Shown here piece after piece: positions 28,075 through 38,028 of a stretch of 64,000 bases of DNA; position 1 is the first letter of the stretch, and every line of letters starts with the position of its first letter. Position numbers and translations under genes: made by a program. Origin of the DNA: an uncultured Methanomicrobiaceae archaeon (GTDB taxonomy: Archaea > Halobacteriota > Methanomicrobia > Methanomicrobiales > Methanoculleaceae); assembly GCA_963826525.1 (NCBI GenBank), contig CAWGXH010000004.1, positions 1,344,001 through 1,408,000 on the forward strand, read 5' to 3'. The notes beneath the pieces were generated by a model. That model saw only the letters and a list, made by a program, of their open reading frames with translations, did not search any database and was not told where the DNA came from.

Positions 28075-29187
28075 ATGATTGACGTCCGAGGTGTATCAAA
28101 ACGGTTCGGCGAGAAAGAGGTGCTCCGCGACGTGAACGTGACCGTCCAGGACGGGGAGATCTTCGGGATCATCGGCCCGTCGGGTTCGGGGAAATCGACG
28201 CTGCTCCGGATACTCAATCTCCTCGAAACGCCGACGACCGGGCAGGTGATCTTCGACGGCGTCGACATCCACGCCCGGAACGATCGGTCGCTCGCCGTCC
28301 GGAGACGGATGGGCATGGTCTTCCAGAAGCCGGTTGTTCTGACGACCAGTGTCTTTGAGAACGTCGCCGCGGGGCTCCGAATCAGGGGAGCGGAAGATGG
28401 GCACCTTCGGTCGAAAGTGGAGCAGGCACTTGAGGTTATCGGGCTTGCCGACCGTGCGGAGCAGCCTGCAAAGACGCTCTCCGGCGGAGAGATGCAGCGG
28501 GTGGCGATAGCGCGGGTGCTCGTCACCGACCCCGCCCTCCTGCTCCTGGACGAGCCGACGGCCAGCCTCGACCCGCTCTCGACCGAGATGGTCGAGGATC
28601 TCATCCGCCGGATAAACCGGGATTTCAACACCACCCTGATCCTGACGACGCACGACCTCCTCCAGGGGCAGCGCCTCGCCGACCGGATCGGGGTGATGAT
28701 CGACGGGACGTTTGCCCAGGTCGGAACGCCGCGGGAGATCTTCGCCGCACCGCAGCGCCGGAGCGTCGCCCGGTTCGTGGGGATGGAGAATATCCTTGAG
28801 GGCACCGTTCTCCGGAGCGATCAGGGGCTCGCGACGGTGGCGGTCGGCAGCGCATCCCTCGCTGCGGCAACCGATCGCCGTCCGGGCGAGCGGGTCACGC
28901 TCTGCATCCGGCCCGAGGATGTTACCCTCCACCTGCCCGGGAGCGGCACGGGGAGCGCCCGGAACGTCTTTTCAGGGATCGTGACCGGTATCCGGTCGCT
29001 CGGGCCATTCTCCCGGATCGACCTCGACTGCGGTTTTCCCATTATCGCCCTCGTCACCTGGAAGGCGGTCGACGACCTCGGCATCGTTCCCGGCGCCACG
29101 ATTACGGTTGCGTTTAAGGTAAGTGCCATCCACGTGATGACACCTGCGGAGGAGCGCGACAGGAGCAGCGGTATATCCCGGACCTGA
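28075..29187 (+). CDS. tupC: Tungstate ABC ATPase with TOBE domains
   Basis: GPSGSGKS, LSGGEMQR, LLLDEPT, GSARNVF...FKVSA. Confidence 0.9.
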   Translation: MIDVRGVSKRFGEKEVLRDVNVTVQDGEIFGIIGPSGSGKSTLLRILNLLETPTTGQVIFDGVDIHARNDRSLAVRRRMGMVFQKPVVLTTSVFENVAAGLRIRGAEDGHLRSKVEQALEVIGLADRAEQPAKTLSGGEMQRVAIARVLVTDPALLLLDEPTASLDPLSTEMVEDLIRRINRDFNTTLILTTHDLLQGQRLADRIGVMIDGTFAQVGTPREIFAAPQRRSVARFVGMENILEGTVLRSDQGLATVAVGSASLAAATDRRPGERVTLCIRPEDVTLHLPGSGTGSARNVFSGIVTGIRSLGPFSRIDLDCGFPIIALVTWKAVDDLGIVPGATITVAFKVSAIHVMTPAEERDRSSGISRT

Positions 29188-29289
29188 TATATTTGGTTGG
29201 GCTCCTCGATATCCTGCACGGAACGGCTGCTCCAGCAATGAACCTCTCTGCCGGTGACACTGGTTGCTTTACGGCATTCCATAGCTCCC

Positions 29290-29485
29290 GACCGCCGGAT
29301 GCACCCGAAGCGAGGAAGGCCACGCTGGTTTGATCCGGAGTTTCTCTACGAAGCGAGGTGCTCCCAAACTCTGTTTCAGCCGGATAAAGGCATTTTCATG
29401 GAGATTACTCCCCGATACGATCACTACGCGAACTTGCTCCTCGGTTTTATCTGTCCGGCATGCGCCACCATGATCCGGTGCCTAT
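29290..29485 (+). mobile_element. Degraded C-terminal remnant of an IS5-family transposase
   Basis: HPKRGRPRWFDPE..Y, then (shifted frame) CFSRIKAF, then ITPRYDHYANLLLGFICPACATMI; resembles the IS5 C-terminus Y..R..vER.F..iK.Fr.i.tRYd.....flgfi.la. No N-terminal part or terminal inverted repeats seen. Confidence 0.5.
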
Positions 29486-29777
29486 CTCCTTCTCGCATTG
29501 ATTTCACGCGAAACTCTTCGGCAGGAAGGGATGACCTTCTACCGATACGATAACCCGGAGACCGCCCGTGCTTACGTTCCGGTCGCCAGTGCAACTCTTC
29601 TCTGCTTGCGAGATTAGGGGAGAGTGTTCCGATAGTCGATCCTCATTCCCTTACACGTGCAGGATGTGCCCGGGTACAGCATGTCAGGATGGCCTTCAAG
29701 AGTATATCCGCGGAAAAGTCCGGTGGAAACCACGTAAATTGGGGATCCTGTGGTTCACCGGAGGGGGTATCCCTGAT

Positions 29778-31483
29778 TTACACATCGGGTGGTGAGACGA
29801 ACCGGTATCCGTTCCGCGGAATACGGATCTCGAACCGGGCGCCGGCGCTCGCGGTGCCGGCTTCCCTGATGGTAATTCCGGTAACGGAGAGGATCTCCCG
29901 CACAAGGAAGAGACCCTGCCCCTGTTTTCGCTCACGCCGTCTTTCAAAGACTGTTTCCTTCATCCCGTCGGGTATTCCTGTTCCGTTGTCTTCGAAGACG
30001 AGGGTCAGCCCCTCATCTGTTTCACGGTACCAGAGAGATACTTCCGTCGCCGTGGTGCCGTGTCCGATCACGTTCTCGGCGAGGTTGAAGAATACGGTTT
30101 CCAGCAGCGGATCGGCATAGATCTCAAGACCCTCCACATGGAGCTTCCGGGATATACCGGTGAAATCCAGGTGCGAGATCCCATAGATGAAGGCAAGGTT
30201 CACATTCTGCCATGCAGGCGGGCGCAGGCCGAGATCCTGGTACATCTCCGCGAACTGTATCCAGTTCTCCACCTGACCGACGAGCAACGTCTGCTTTTCC
30301 AGGTAATCCAGTGCATTCTCATCCGTTGCCAGTTGTTTCTGCAGCTCGATATACCCGGAAAGGCTGAACATTGCGTTTTTTATGTCGCTGAAGGTGATCA
30401 GATTCAGGAGGTTCAGCTTCCGGGTAGCCAGGTGCAACGCCTCCTCCGCACGCTTGCGCTCCGAGATATCCCTGTCGATCGCGAAGACGTATTTTTTTGC
30501 GCCGATGGAGAGCACCCGGGAATTGATCTCTATCGGGAAACAGGTTCCATCCTTTCGCACATGGACAACCTCCCCCTGCAGACGCTCGCCCTTCAGCACA
30601 CGTTCGAACCGTTCCGGTGCCGACTGCCGCGACTCCTCGGTATCGAGATTGGTAATCTTCATGCCTTTCAGTTCCGCGACGGTGTACCCGTGCATCTCTG
30701 CTGCAGCCCGGTTTGCATCAACGATCCGCCCCTGCTCCTCACCGTCGCCCTCGAACATCAGGATGCAGTCGCCAGCCATTTCAAAGAGCGTCCGGTACTT
30801 CTTCTCGCTCTCCTCAAGCTGTTTCTCGTCCGATCCCCTGCGGCGTTCGACGACGCAAACCCCGGCACCCGCAGAGATCAGGGCAATAAGCCAGAGAATG
30901 TAGAGACTTCTGTCAACGGCGTTCAGTTTCTCCAGGACAACAGTTTCTTCCATATCTACGCCGACAATGCCCACGACATTTCCCGCACTATCCCTGACCG
31001 GCGCAAATCCCGAGAGCACCGTCCCCCACTCGTCGGTCGTAAACTCGGTGTCGGCAGACGGCTCGGCAAAACCGAGAAGAGCTCCGGTTCCGCCTCCGGA
31101 TATGGCTCTCCTATCGGTGCGGCATCGGCGGCATAGCCATAATCGCCGTCAACGACGAATTCGATGGCATCGCCGCCTCTTCGCATGGTATAGATATAGA
31201 GAATATTCGGAGTTGCCTCCTTTGTCCGCCGGAGCTGGTCCCTGATGCGGATGAAATCCGCAGTATCCTCATCGCCGCTCTGTATCCGGGCGAGCGCATC
31301 GCCGTCGATCTGGGATGCCGTGACACTTGCAACCGAGATAAGTTGCTCCTGGACCTCTCCGTAGACCGTATCCTTGGTTCCCGTCGAGACTGAATAGACG
31401 AGCCCGCCGGATAGTACGATAATAAGTATGACGAATGCCACTGAGGCGATTCGGTGGTTCTTTCTCATCATGCCTGCCATCAC
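29778..31483 (-). CDS. Membrane-bound PAS sensor histidine-kinase-like protein (frameshift near 31070)
   Basis: TM - extracellular Cache-like region (YIYTMRR...FVVD; SGFAPVRDSAGNVVGIVGVD) - TM - PAS/PAC - HATPase (NLAEN, FEDNGTGIP, GLFLVREI). Confidence 0.85.
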
Positions 31484-31931
31484 ATCACACGGCGGGAAAC
31501 GTATCTCCGGTCAGGAAAACCCTTATAAATATGATGTATCTGTACGACTAAAAACGATACCTTTTTGTTCGTTGCGTCAACCCCGTCACTGTGCAGTTCC
31601 CTGCTTTCGTCACTGCCCGGTTGCACGAACGACTGCACTGCGGAGATGCAGTCCGGTAGCCTCCCCGATACCGCTCAAACCTCGACCACTTCCAGTCATC
31701 CCTGCTGTGCCTCCAGAACTTCGCCGTTGCGGAGTAACATATCCGGCAGCGTTTCTGTTTCGCGTTCAGGGTAGGGCGACTCGTCAATGACCTGGGAGAT
31801 GCGAGCGAGCCCGGGTACATTGGTCTTTGCTATCTCGCGGATCTTCTTCATGGGGCGGGTTATACGGCCGGCAACGGCCTGACCCTCCTCCCCCTCTCTT
31901 CTCCGGGCAAGGCGGTGTGCTGCCGAACTGC

Positions 31932-32366
31932 TCACGGCGCCGCTTCCCGCACCATGGGGCAGACGTTGCACCCCTCCATCTCGCCAAAGCAGAAGTTGAA
32001 CCGCTCCCGGATCGACGTCGGGAGCCGCTCTTCCGGGATCGGCACCCAGCCGAAGGTTCCATAGAACGGGATCAGGATGAGCGTCGAGTGGATGAAGATT
32101 GTCTCGTGGCCGCATGCGTCGAGCAGCGCCCGGACGGCGACCCGTGCAAGCCCCCTGCCCCGGTAGTCGTCCAGCGTAAAGACGCAGTCCATCTCGTTTC
32201 CGTCCGGGTGTCTGGTGAACCGGGCGGTCGCAGCGAGGTTGCCGTCCTCGAAGACGCCGAAGATGTGTTCGAGGCCTGGGTCGGCCTTCTGGCCCCGGTA
32301 CTTCTTCCAGACCTTCTCGGCGAGCGGGAACTCGGCAGGTGATAATTCACGGGCAGTCTCTGTCAT
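31932..32366 (-). CDS. GNAT-family acetyltransferase
   Basis: VFTLDDYRGRGLAR (motif A) and FYGTFGW (motif B). Confidence 0.8.
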   Translation of the reverse strand: MTETARELSPAEFPLAEKVWKKYRGQKADPGLEHIFGVFEDGNLAATARFTRHPDGNEMDCVFTLDDYRGRGLARVAVRALLDACGHETIFIHSTLILIPFYGTFGWVPIPEERLPTSIRERFNFCFGEMEGCNVCPMVREAAP

Positions 32367-32688
32367 TTGATGGGTATACTGCATCGCCGCTTCTAAATAT
32401 ATCGGAGCGGCAGCCGCTCGAAACGATCTTCGCCAGTGCCGCCAGCGTTCTCCTCCCACAAAGGGGTTCGATCATCTCGCGGGAGCTCCTGGCCCTGCTC
32501 ATGGTCAAAGTCGCGTACAACCTACTCGGGAGCACAACTCCGGCGTGGGGAACGCCTCACCCGGGCGATGATACCCGGACGGCGGGCAGAAATGGAGCGA
32601 ATTGCGATACGCGTTTCTTCCCGTGTGTGAAGAATCCTCGAAAAAAGACTGCGTGATATCCGGCAGCAGCCGGAGACGTTCCGCCGGG

Positions 32689-33549
32689 TTACCGCGTCCC
32701 GCAGCAGGAGCACCCGGTCGGTTTTTGGGCGCTGACCTTGATGCTCACGACGCTCTCGAGGAGTGCTTTCCGCCCGGCTTCGTCGAGGGAGAGGCCGTCG
32801 AGAGTCTTTGCAAGCACCGGTTCGCTGACGATATGGTCGAGCGGGAAGACTGCCTCCCCGGCGACCGCAACCCTGTCGAACCCTGCACCGGCAATCTGCC
32901 CGAGGTAGTCTTCCTTCTGCAGCGCTCCGGAGACGCAGCTCGTATAGAAGAGCTCCGACTCGCGGATGGGTGCCGGGAGGGGCATCGTCAGCACGATGTC
33001 GGAGACCATGAGCCTGCCTCCCGGGCGGAGCACCCGGAAAGCCTCCGCAAAGACCCGGGCCTTGTCGGGCGAGAGATTGATGACGCAGTTTGAGATGATC
33101 ACGTCGACCGCGTTGTCCGCCACCGGGAGGTGCTCGATCTCGCCGAGCCGGAATTCCACGTTGGTGTACCCGGCTTTTCGTGCATTCTCCCGCGCCCGTT
33201 CGAGCATATCGGGGGTCATGTCGACACCGATCACCCGTCCTGTCTCCCCGACCCGCTCGGCCGCGAGGAAGCAGTCAAAGCCACCCCCTGATCCGAGATC
33301 GAGGACGGTCTCGCCTTCCCGAAGGGATGCAAGCGCCACGGGATTCCCGCACCCGAGCCCGAGGTTCGCGCCTTCCGGAGCCTGTCCGATCTCCTCTGCC
33401 GAGTAGCCAAGACCGAGACTCACCGACTCGACCGCCCGGCCGGTACTGCAGCATCCGCCGCCGCATCCGCAGCCCGACTCTTCCTGCCGGGCTACCTGCC
33501 CGTATCTGCTTCGCACCTGTTTGCGAACGTCATCTTCCTTCATCATCAA
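32689..33549 (-). CDS. arsM: Arsenite S-adenosylmethionine methyltransferase
   Basis: NLGLGCGNP, VLDLGSGGGFDCF, GVDMTPDML, IISNCVINLSPDK, SCVSGA, Cys-rich termini. Confidence 0.92.
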   Translation of the reverse strand: MMMKEDDVRKQVRSRYGQVARQEESGCGCGGGCCSTGRAVESVSLGLGYSAEEIGQAPEGANLGLGCGNPVALASLREGETVLDLGSGGGFDCFLAAERVGETGRVIGVDMTPDMLERARENARKAGYTNVEFRLGEIEHLPVADNAVDVIISNCVINLSPDKARVFAEAFRVLRPGGRLMVSDIVLTMPLPAPIRESELFYTSCVSGALQKEDYLGQIAGAGFDRVAVAGEAVFPLDHIVSEPVLAKTLDGLSLDEAGRKALLESVVSIKVSAQKPTGCSCCGTR

Positions 33550-33565
33550 AACTCCGTATGGTGTC

Positions 33566-33835
33566 TTATTCCCTGCCGCTCGCGATATCTTCCATCATGG
33601 GGGAGAGGAGGCTCGTTACCATCCTGTTGAAATGATCTGCCTTGATCAGCGTGATGCAGCAGACGTCACCCTCGTTCTCCCAGAACACGACCGCAAGTCG
33701 GTCGCCGGGAGCGATGTTTGCCCTTTCGCGGATATCTTTTGGAAGCACCATCTGCCCTCGCGCGTCGATGTTCACGACCGCCTCGATGGAGCAGGAACAG
33801 GGGGTAATACGATCATCTCTCCGGACGTTTGCCAT
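33566..33835 (-). CDS. AbrB/SpoVT-fold DNA-binding protein with Cys pairs (HgcAB-associated HgcC-like)
   Basis: CSCSIEAVVNIDARGQMVLPKDIRERANIAPGDRLAVV...VCCITLIKAD. Confidence 0.75.
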   Translation of the reverse strand: MANVRRDDRITPCSCSIEAVVNIDARGQMVLPKDIRERANIAPGDRLAVVFWENEGDVCCITLIKADHFNRMVTSLLSPMMEDIASGRE

Positions 33836-33992
33836 GCAGGTTCACCACAGGATAGTGGTTGGGCACGGTATATCTATATTCCGAATATTCCCATTTATCA
33901 GAAATTTCAGTGAACTCCTGTCCGGGAAGCGTCATCGCAGGAGTTACGGAAAAGTCCGGGCGCTCCTCGAGGCGGAACGCCTGCCGCCTGCC

Positions 33993-35138
33993 TCAGGCGA
34001 TCAGGGGCGGCACCTGCCTGGCATCCTCCTCGGCCTTGGCGACCCTGCTCTCCCGCACGACACCGGTATAGTCGTCGAACCATACCGCCTCCGGGCATCT
34101 CCGGTAGACCATGAACTTCCCGATATCCTCGCGTCTCGCCGCCTGGTGATATTTAAAATAAACATGCTCGTCGTCGAGCCCGACGACGGCGATCTTCCCG
34201 GTGCGGTGCGACATGGCGAAGACCGACCGCCTGGCAAGCCCGGAGCAGCGGCTTTTGGCCTGCTCATAGATGCGATAGCTCTCCTCCAGCGGCACGACGA
34301 AGTGCCGGTTGCCCAGCGTCGGGCGGCACTGGAAGAGGTAGTAGGGAGCGGCGCCGACAAACGAGAGGTTCCGGAAGAGATCCGCGAGAACCGCCGGGTC
34401 GTCGTTGATCCCCCGGAGGAGGGGCGTCTGGTTCGCGAGCACCGCACCGGCGCTCTGCAGGATATCGAGCGCCCGGAGAGCAGGATCGGTCATCTCTCTT
34501 GAGTGATTGAACTGGGTCATGATGTAGATCCTTTTCTCCGGCGTGCTGTAGCGCCGGATCATCCCGGGAAGATCAGGGTCGTCGATGATGCGGTAGGGAT
34601 TGAACGCTGGGACCTTGGTGCCGATCCGGATGATCTTCACGTGCTCGATCTCCCTGACTTGCCTGACGATCCGCTCAAGCCGGGATGTCGCGAGAAACAG
34701 GGGGTCGCCGCCGGAGATAAGGACATTGGATATCTCGGAGTGCCGGCTGATGTAGGCGATATCGGCCGAGATATCCCTCGCCACCTCATCGGTGTGATGC
34801 ATGAAGAGCCTTTTCCTGAAGCAGTAGCGGCAGTATCCCGCACAGAGATCGCTCACCAGCAGGAGGGCGGTCTGGCCGTATTTGTGCTCCATCCCGGGTG
34901 CCACCACATAAGCGCTCTCTCCGGACGCATCGAGGCTCCCCCACTCCACAAGCTCCTCGGGATCGGGGATGGCGATCTTCCTGATAGGATCGTCAGGGTC
35001 GTCCCAGTCAATGAGGGAGAGGTAGTAGTCGTTCGAGCGGAACGCGAATTTGCGCGCTACGTCGGCGAGCCGTTCCCGCTCGTCCGCGGGGATCTGCAGA
35101 ACCTTCCTGATATCGGTGCTATACTTCGGTCCAGCCAT
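33993..35138 (-). CDS. KamA-family (lysine 2,3-aminomutase-like) radical SAM protein
   Basis: HKYGQTALL, CAGYCRYCFRKR, LISGGDPL, NQTPLLRGINDD, PYYLFQ, SHRTGKI. Confidence 0.88.
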   Translation of the reverse strand: MAGPKYSTDIRKVLQIPADERERLADVARKFAFRSNDYYLSLIDWDDPDDPIRKIAIPDPEELVEWGSLDASGESAYVVAPGMEHKYGQTALLLVSDLCAGYCRYCFRKRLFMHHTDEVARDISADIAYISRHSEISNVLISGGDPLFLATSRLERIVRQVREIEHVKIIRIGTKVPAFNPYRIIDDPDLPGMIRRYSTPEKRIYIMTQFNHSREMTDPALRALDILQSAGAVLANQTPLLRGINDDPAVLADLFRNLSFVGAAPYYLFQCRPTLGNRHFVVPLEESYRIYEQAKSRCSGLARRSVFAMSHRTGKIAVVGLDDEHVYFKYHQAARREDIGKFMVYRRCPEAVWFDDYTGVVRESRVAKAEEDARQVPPLIA

Positions 35139-35304
35139 TCTGGTTCCCGAATACTATTCTCAAATATTTATACAAATCGGAGAATGCATGCTCCGGAGAA
35201 CTCCTCTTCCGGGAGTGATCGGGAGACGGGTCACGAGACCAAGCCTGGAGGAGGTGCATCACACAGCAGGCTTGAGGAACCGGAAATTCTCCGAGGAGTA
35301 GGTG

Positions 35305-35649
35305 CTACTCCTGATCTATAATCTCTTTGAGCACCACCGCATTGTTGTGCCTCTCATCCTTCGCCGCATACACGAGCGTCACCAATCTCTCGCTCTCTTT
35401 TTTGCGGATCTTGCCGATCAGATCGCTCTTCTCACCGAGTTCCTTCCGGTACCGCTCCCGGAAAGCATCCCACCGCTCCGGGTCGTGACCGAACCACTTC
35501 CTCAGGCCGTTACTGGGGGCGATCTCCTTGCACCAGGAGTCAATCTTTGCCCTCTCTCGTGAGACCCCGCGAGGCCAGAGTCGATCCACCAGAATTCGGT
35601 AGCCGTCGTCGGCGGACGGTTCGTCATAGGCACGTTTGAATCGGATCAT
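35305..35649 (-). CDS. DUF488/YeaO-family protein
   Basis: [54 protein letters not shown]. Confidence 0.88.
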   Translation of the reverse strand: MIRFKRAYDEPSADDGYRILVDRLWPRGVSRERAKIDSWCKEIAPSNGLRKWFGHDPERWDAFRERYRKELGEKSDLIGKIRKKESERLVTLVYAAKDERHNNAVVLKEIIDQE

Positions 35650-36080
35650 TGCTATCCTTGCCGATGCTGAGGATTTGCATGTGATAAAATGTTCGGCTGC
35701 TCCGGAAGAACTTCCAGTTCATCTCCTTCGGAGCATCCAGAGCGTCAGCAAGGCAGGACCCGGTGGGTACATACGGTAGACCCCGCACTTTTCTCCACCT
35801 GAAGGGGACATGCGTGGATGAACGCAGGAAGGAATCGGTTGTTGATATCCTCTTCTCCCGGAGCATCGGGGTATGTCATGTTCCTGTGGTTTCCGGCGCA
35901 CCTGAACACCACCGTCGGACTGCTCACTCTCATGTGCGGTGCTCCCTCTTCTCAAGGAACTCTTCGGCACGCTCCCGCCGACTCGTAACCTGCCCGGACA
36001 TGTCTTCTCAGCGGCCGGTGCGGCTGGCATCTCCGCAGGCGCCGGGTGCTTCGACGAGCCCTGGGACTGGGACATGTTCG

Positions 36081-37061
36081 TCAAACAGAGTGACGTCTTA
36101 AAGGAACTTTGATCGACGCACCCTGCCGGACTGCCAGCATTCGCTCGATCGCTGTCCGCGCCCGGGCGGCGACGTCTTCCGGGACTGTCACCCGAGGTTC
36201 AAGCCGTTCAAGGGCAGCAAGCACCTCTGCAAGCCCGGTCTTCTTCATGTTGGCGCAGACCGCCCGGCTTGAGAGGGGGAAGAAGATCTTCTCCGGGCAC
36301 TGCTTTTCGAGCTGGTGCAGGAGCCCGACCTCGGTGCCGATGACGAACTCCCGGGCGGTGCTCGTGCAGGCGTGCCGGACCATCCCCGACGTCGAGAAGA
36401 CGTAGTCGGCGAGATCGATCACCTCGGGCCGGCACTCGGGGTGGACGAGCACCTCGGCATCCGGGTGGGAATGGCGGGCGGCCGTCACCTCATCGGCCGT
36501 CATCCGCTCGTGGACGATGCAGTAGCCCTCCCAGGGGAGGATCTCCTTTTTGGTGAACCGGGCGACGTAGCGGGCGAGGTTTCTGTCGGGGAGGAATATC
36601 ACCTGCTCCGCGGCGAGGGACTCGACGACCGCGACGGCGTTTGCGGAGGTGCAGCAGATGTCGCTCTCCGCCTTGACCTCCGCGGAGGTGTTGACGTAGG
36701 CGACGACGGCGGCGGCGGGGAACCGCTCGCACAGCACCCGCACCTCTCCGGCGGTGACCATCGCGGCCATGGGGCAGCAGGCATCCGCGGCGGGCAGGAT
36801 GACCGTCTTCTCCGGCGAGAGGATCGCCGCCGTCTCGGCCATAAAGTCGACGCCGCAGAAGACGATGACGCCGCTATCGAGGGTTGCGGCCGCCCGTGCG
36901 AGTTCGAGCGAGTCCCCGACGAGATCGGCGATATCCTGCACCTCGGGAGCCTGGTAGTTATGCGCGAGAATTGTCGCATCACGCTCGGCCTTGAGCGTGG
37001 CGATCCGCCGGGATATGGATGCCGTGTCTTTGGTTTTGTCCGGAATGGGGATGATAATCAC
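36081..37061 (-). CDS. nadA: Quinolinate synthase
   Basis: ILAHNYQ, GDSLEL, FCGVDFMAE, CPMA, YVNTSA, CIVH, HPEC, CANMK. Confidence 0.95.
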   Translation of the reverse strand: MIIIPIPDKTKDTASISRRIATLKAERDATILAHNYQAPEVQDIADLVGDSLELARAAATLDSGVIVFCGVDFMAETAAILSPEKTVILPAADACCPMAAMVTAGEVRVLCERFPAAAVVAYVNTSAEVKAESDICCTSANAVAVVESLAAEQVIFLPDRNLARYVARFTKKEILPWEGYCIVHERMTADEVTAARHSHPDAEVLVHPECRPEVIDLADYVFSTSGMVRHACTSTAREFVIGTEVGLLHQLEKQCPEKIFFPLSSRAVCANMKKTGLAEVLAALERLEPRVTVPEDVAARARTAIERMLAVRQGASIKVPLRRHSV

Positions 37062-37096
37062 AACCTATTTGCGCAGGTAATTGGTACTATTGGGCG

Positions 37097-37112
37097 AATC
37101 ACAATTGTGAAT
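37097..37112. promoter_or_regulatory. Palindromic operator candidate, sulfur/Fe-S cluster
   Basis: AATCACAATTGTGAAT, a 15/16 match to 40422-40437, between divergent nadA and 37158. Confidence 0.7.
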
Positions 37113-37157
37113 GTTTCGGCCTGCCTCCCGCCGGCGGTGCCGACCGAAGTGATCCGA

Positions 37158-37535
37158 ATGCCACGAATTCTGAATGCATTGGATCTCGCGATCCTGAAAA
37201 AAGTTGCCCCCGAATCGTCGGGGACGATCTGCACTGGTTCCGGGAGTCCCTACCGCTCGATCCTCCCGCCGCTGGCGAACCGCCACGCGACGGATGCTGG
37301 GGACTTTCTCGAGCGGATGGAGCGGCTCGACGACTCCGATCTCCGCTATCTTGCCGGGCTGATGTGCGACGGGAGCGAGAGCCTCGGGTGTGTCCCGGTT
37401 GAGTATATCGAACTCTTTCTGGCTTTCGTAGCAGATCGGCTCGGGCGGGATACCGCTCTTTCGCTCCTACAGCACCTTGAGGGTGAGGGTGGCTGCATAC
37501 GCTGTTCGTCCCGTCTGCCGTATCGTACGTCCTAG
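37158..37535 (+). CDS. Hypothetical protein with Cys motifs (125 aa)
   Basis: MPRILNALDLAILKKVAPE...ICTGSG..YRSILPPLANRH...DGSESLGC...CIRC; plausible start downstream of the palindrome. Confidence 0.7.
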   Translation: MPRILNALDLAILKKVAPESSGTICTGSGSPYRSILPPLANRHATDAGDFLERMERLDDSDLRYLAGLMCDGSESLGCVPVEYIELFLAFVADRLGRDTALSLLQHLEGEGGCIRCSSRLPYRTS

Positions 37536-37675
37536 AAAACGGTGAGAATGCATCCATTGCAGGGGAGGCAGTTCGTCCTTGCCCGTCGTCGGGAGGAGAT
37601 TTGCACCGATCCGATATCGATGAGGTATGCATGCTCTCGTCTCTCTCCGCGGTTCAATATGGTACACGACTGTCG

Positions 37676-37691
37676 TTTCGCAATTGTGGAT
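37676..37691. promoter_or_regulatory. Degenerate copy of the sulfur/Fe-S palindrome
   Basis: TTTCGCAATTGTGGAT (13/16 match) upstream of the thiS-ttuA genes. Confidence 0.5.
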
Positions 37692-37829
37692 TGATCTGCA
37701 GCGATCATCGACGATCCATGCGTGGCTTCCCATTGCAGGTGTATCTGTCGCATCGGGTGGCTTTGCCTGCACTCCGGCTGCTCCTGCAGGAGGTTTATGG
37801 GGTGGTGGGATCAACCCTCTGATACATCC

Positions 37830-38024
37830 ATGCAGATCATCCTCCCGGATAAAAGCGTGCGGACGGTTCCCGCCACCTCCGCTCCGATAGAAGCGATCCT
37901 CCTTGAGCTCGGGATCAACCCGACAACCGTGATCGTCGTGAAGAACGGCAAAGTCGTCCCTGAGGATGTGACGGCGGACGACAGCGACGAGATCCGGATC
38001 CTCCGGGTCTCGCACGGCGGGTGA
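37830..38024 (+). CDS. ThiS/MoaD-family ubiquitin-like sulfur carrier (TtuB/SAMP-like)
   Basis: 64 aa: MQIILPDK...LLELGINP..VIVVKNG...RVSHGG, with C-terminal GG. Confidence 0.88.
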   Translation: MQIILPDKSVRTVPATSAPIEAILLELGINPTTVIVVKNGKVVPEDVTADDSDEIRILRVSHGG

Positions 38025-38028
38025 GCGT

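Noticed and set aside
33566-33835. Toxin-antitoxin pair or mercury methylation locus
   Set aside because: No toxin gene is adjacent, and there is no hgcA cap-helix motif or hgcB in the window.
31932-35138. ablAB N-acetyl-beta-lysine pathway from KamA plus GNAT
   Set aside because: The GNAT is short, unlike AblB, and is separated from KamA by the arsM unit.
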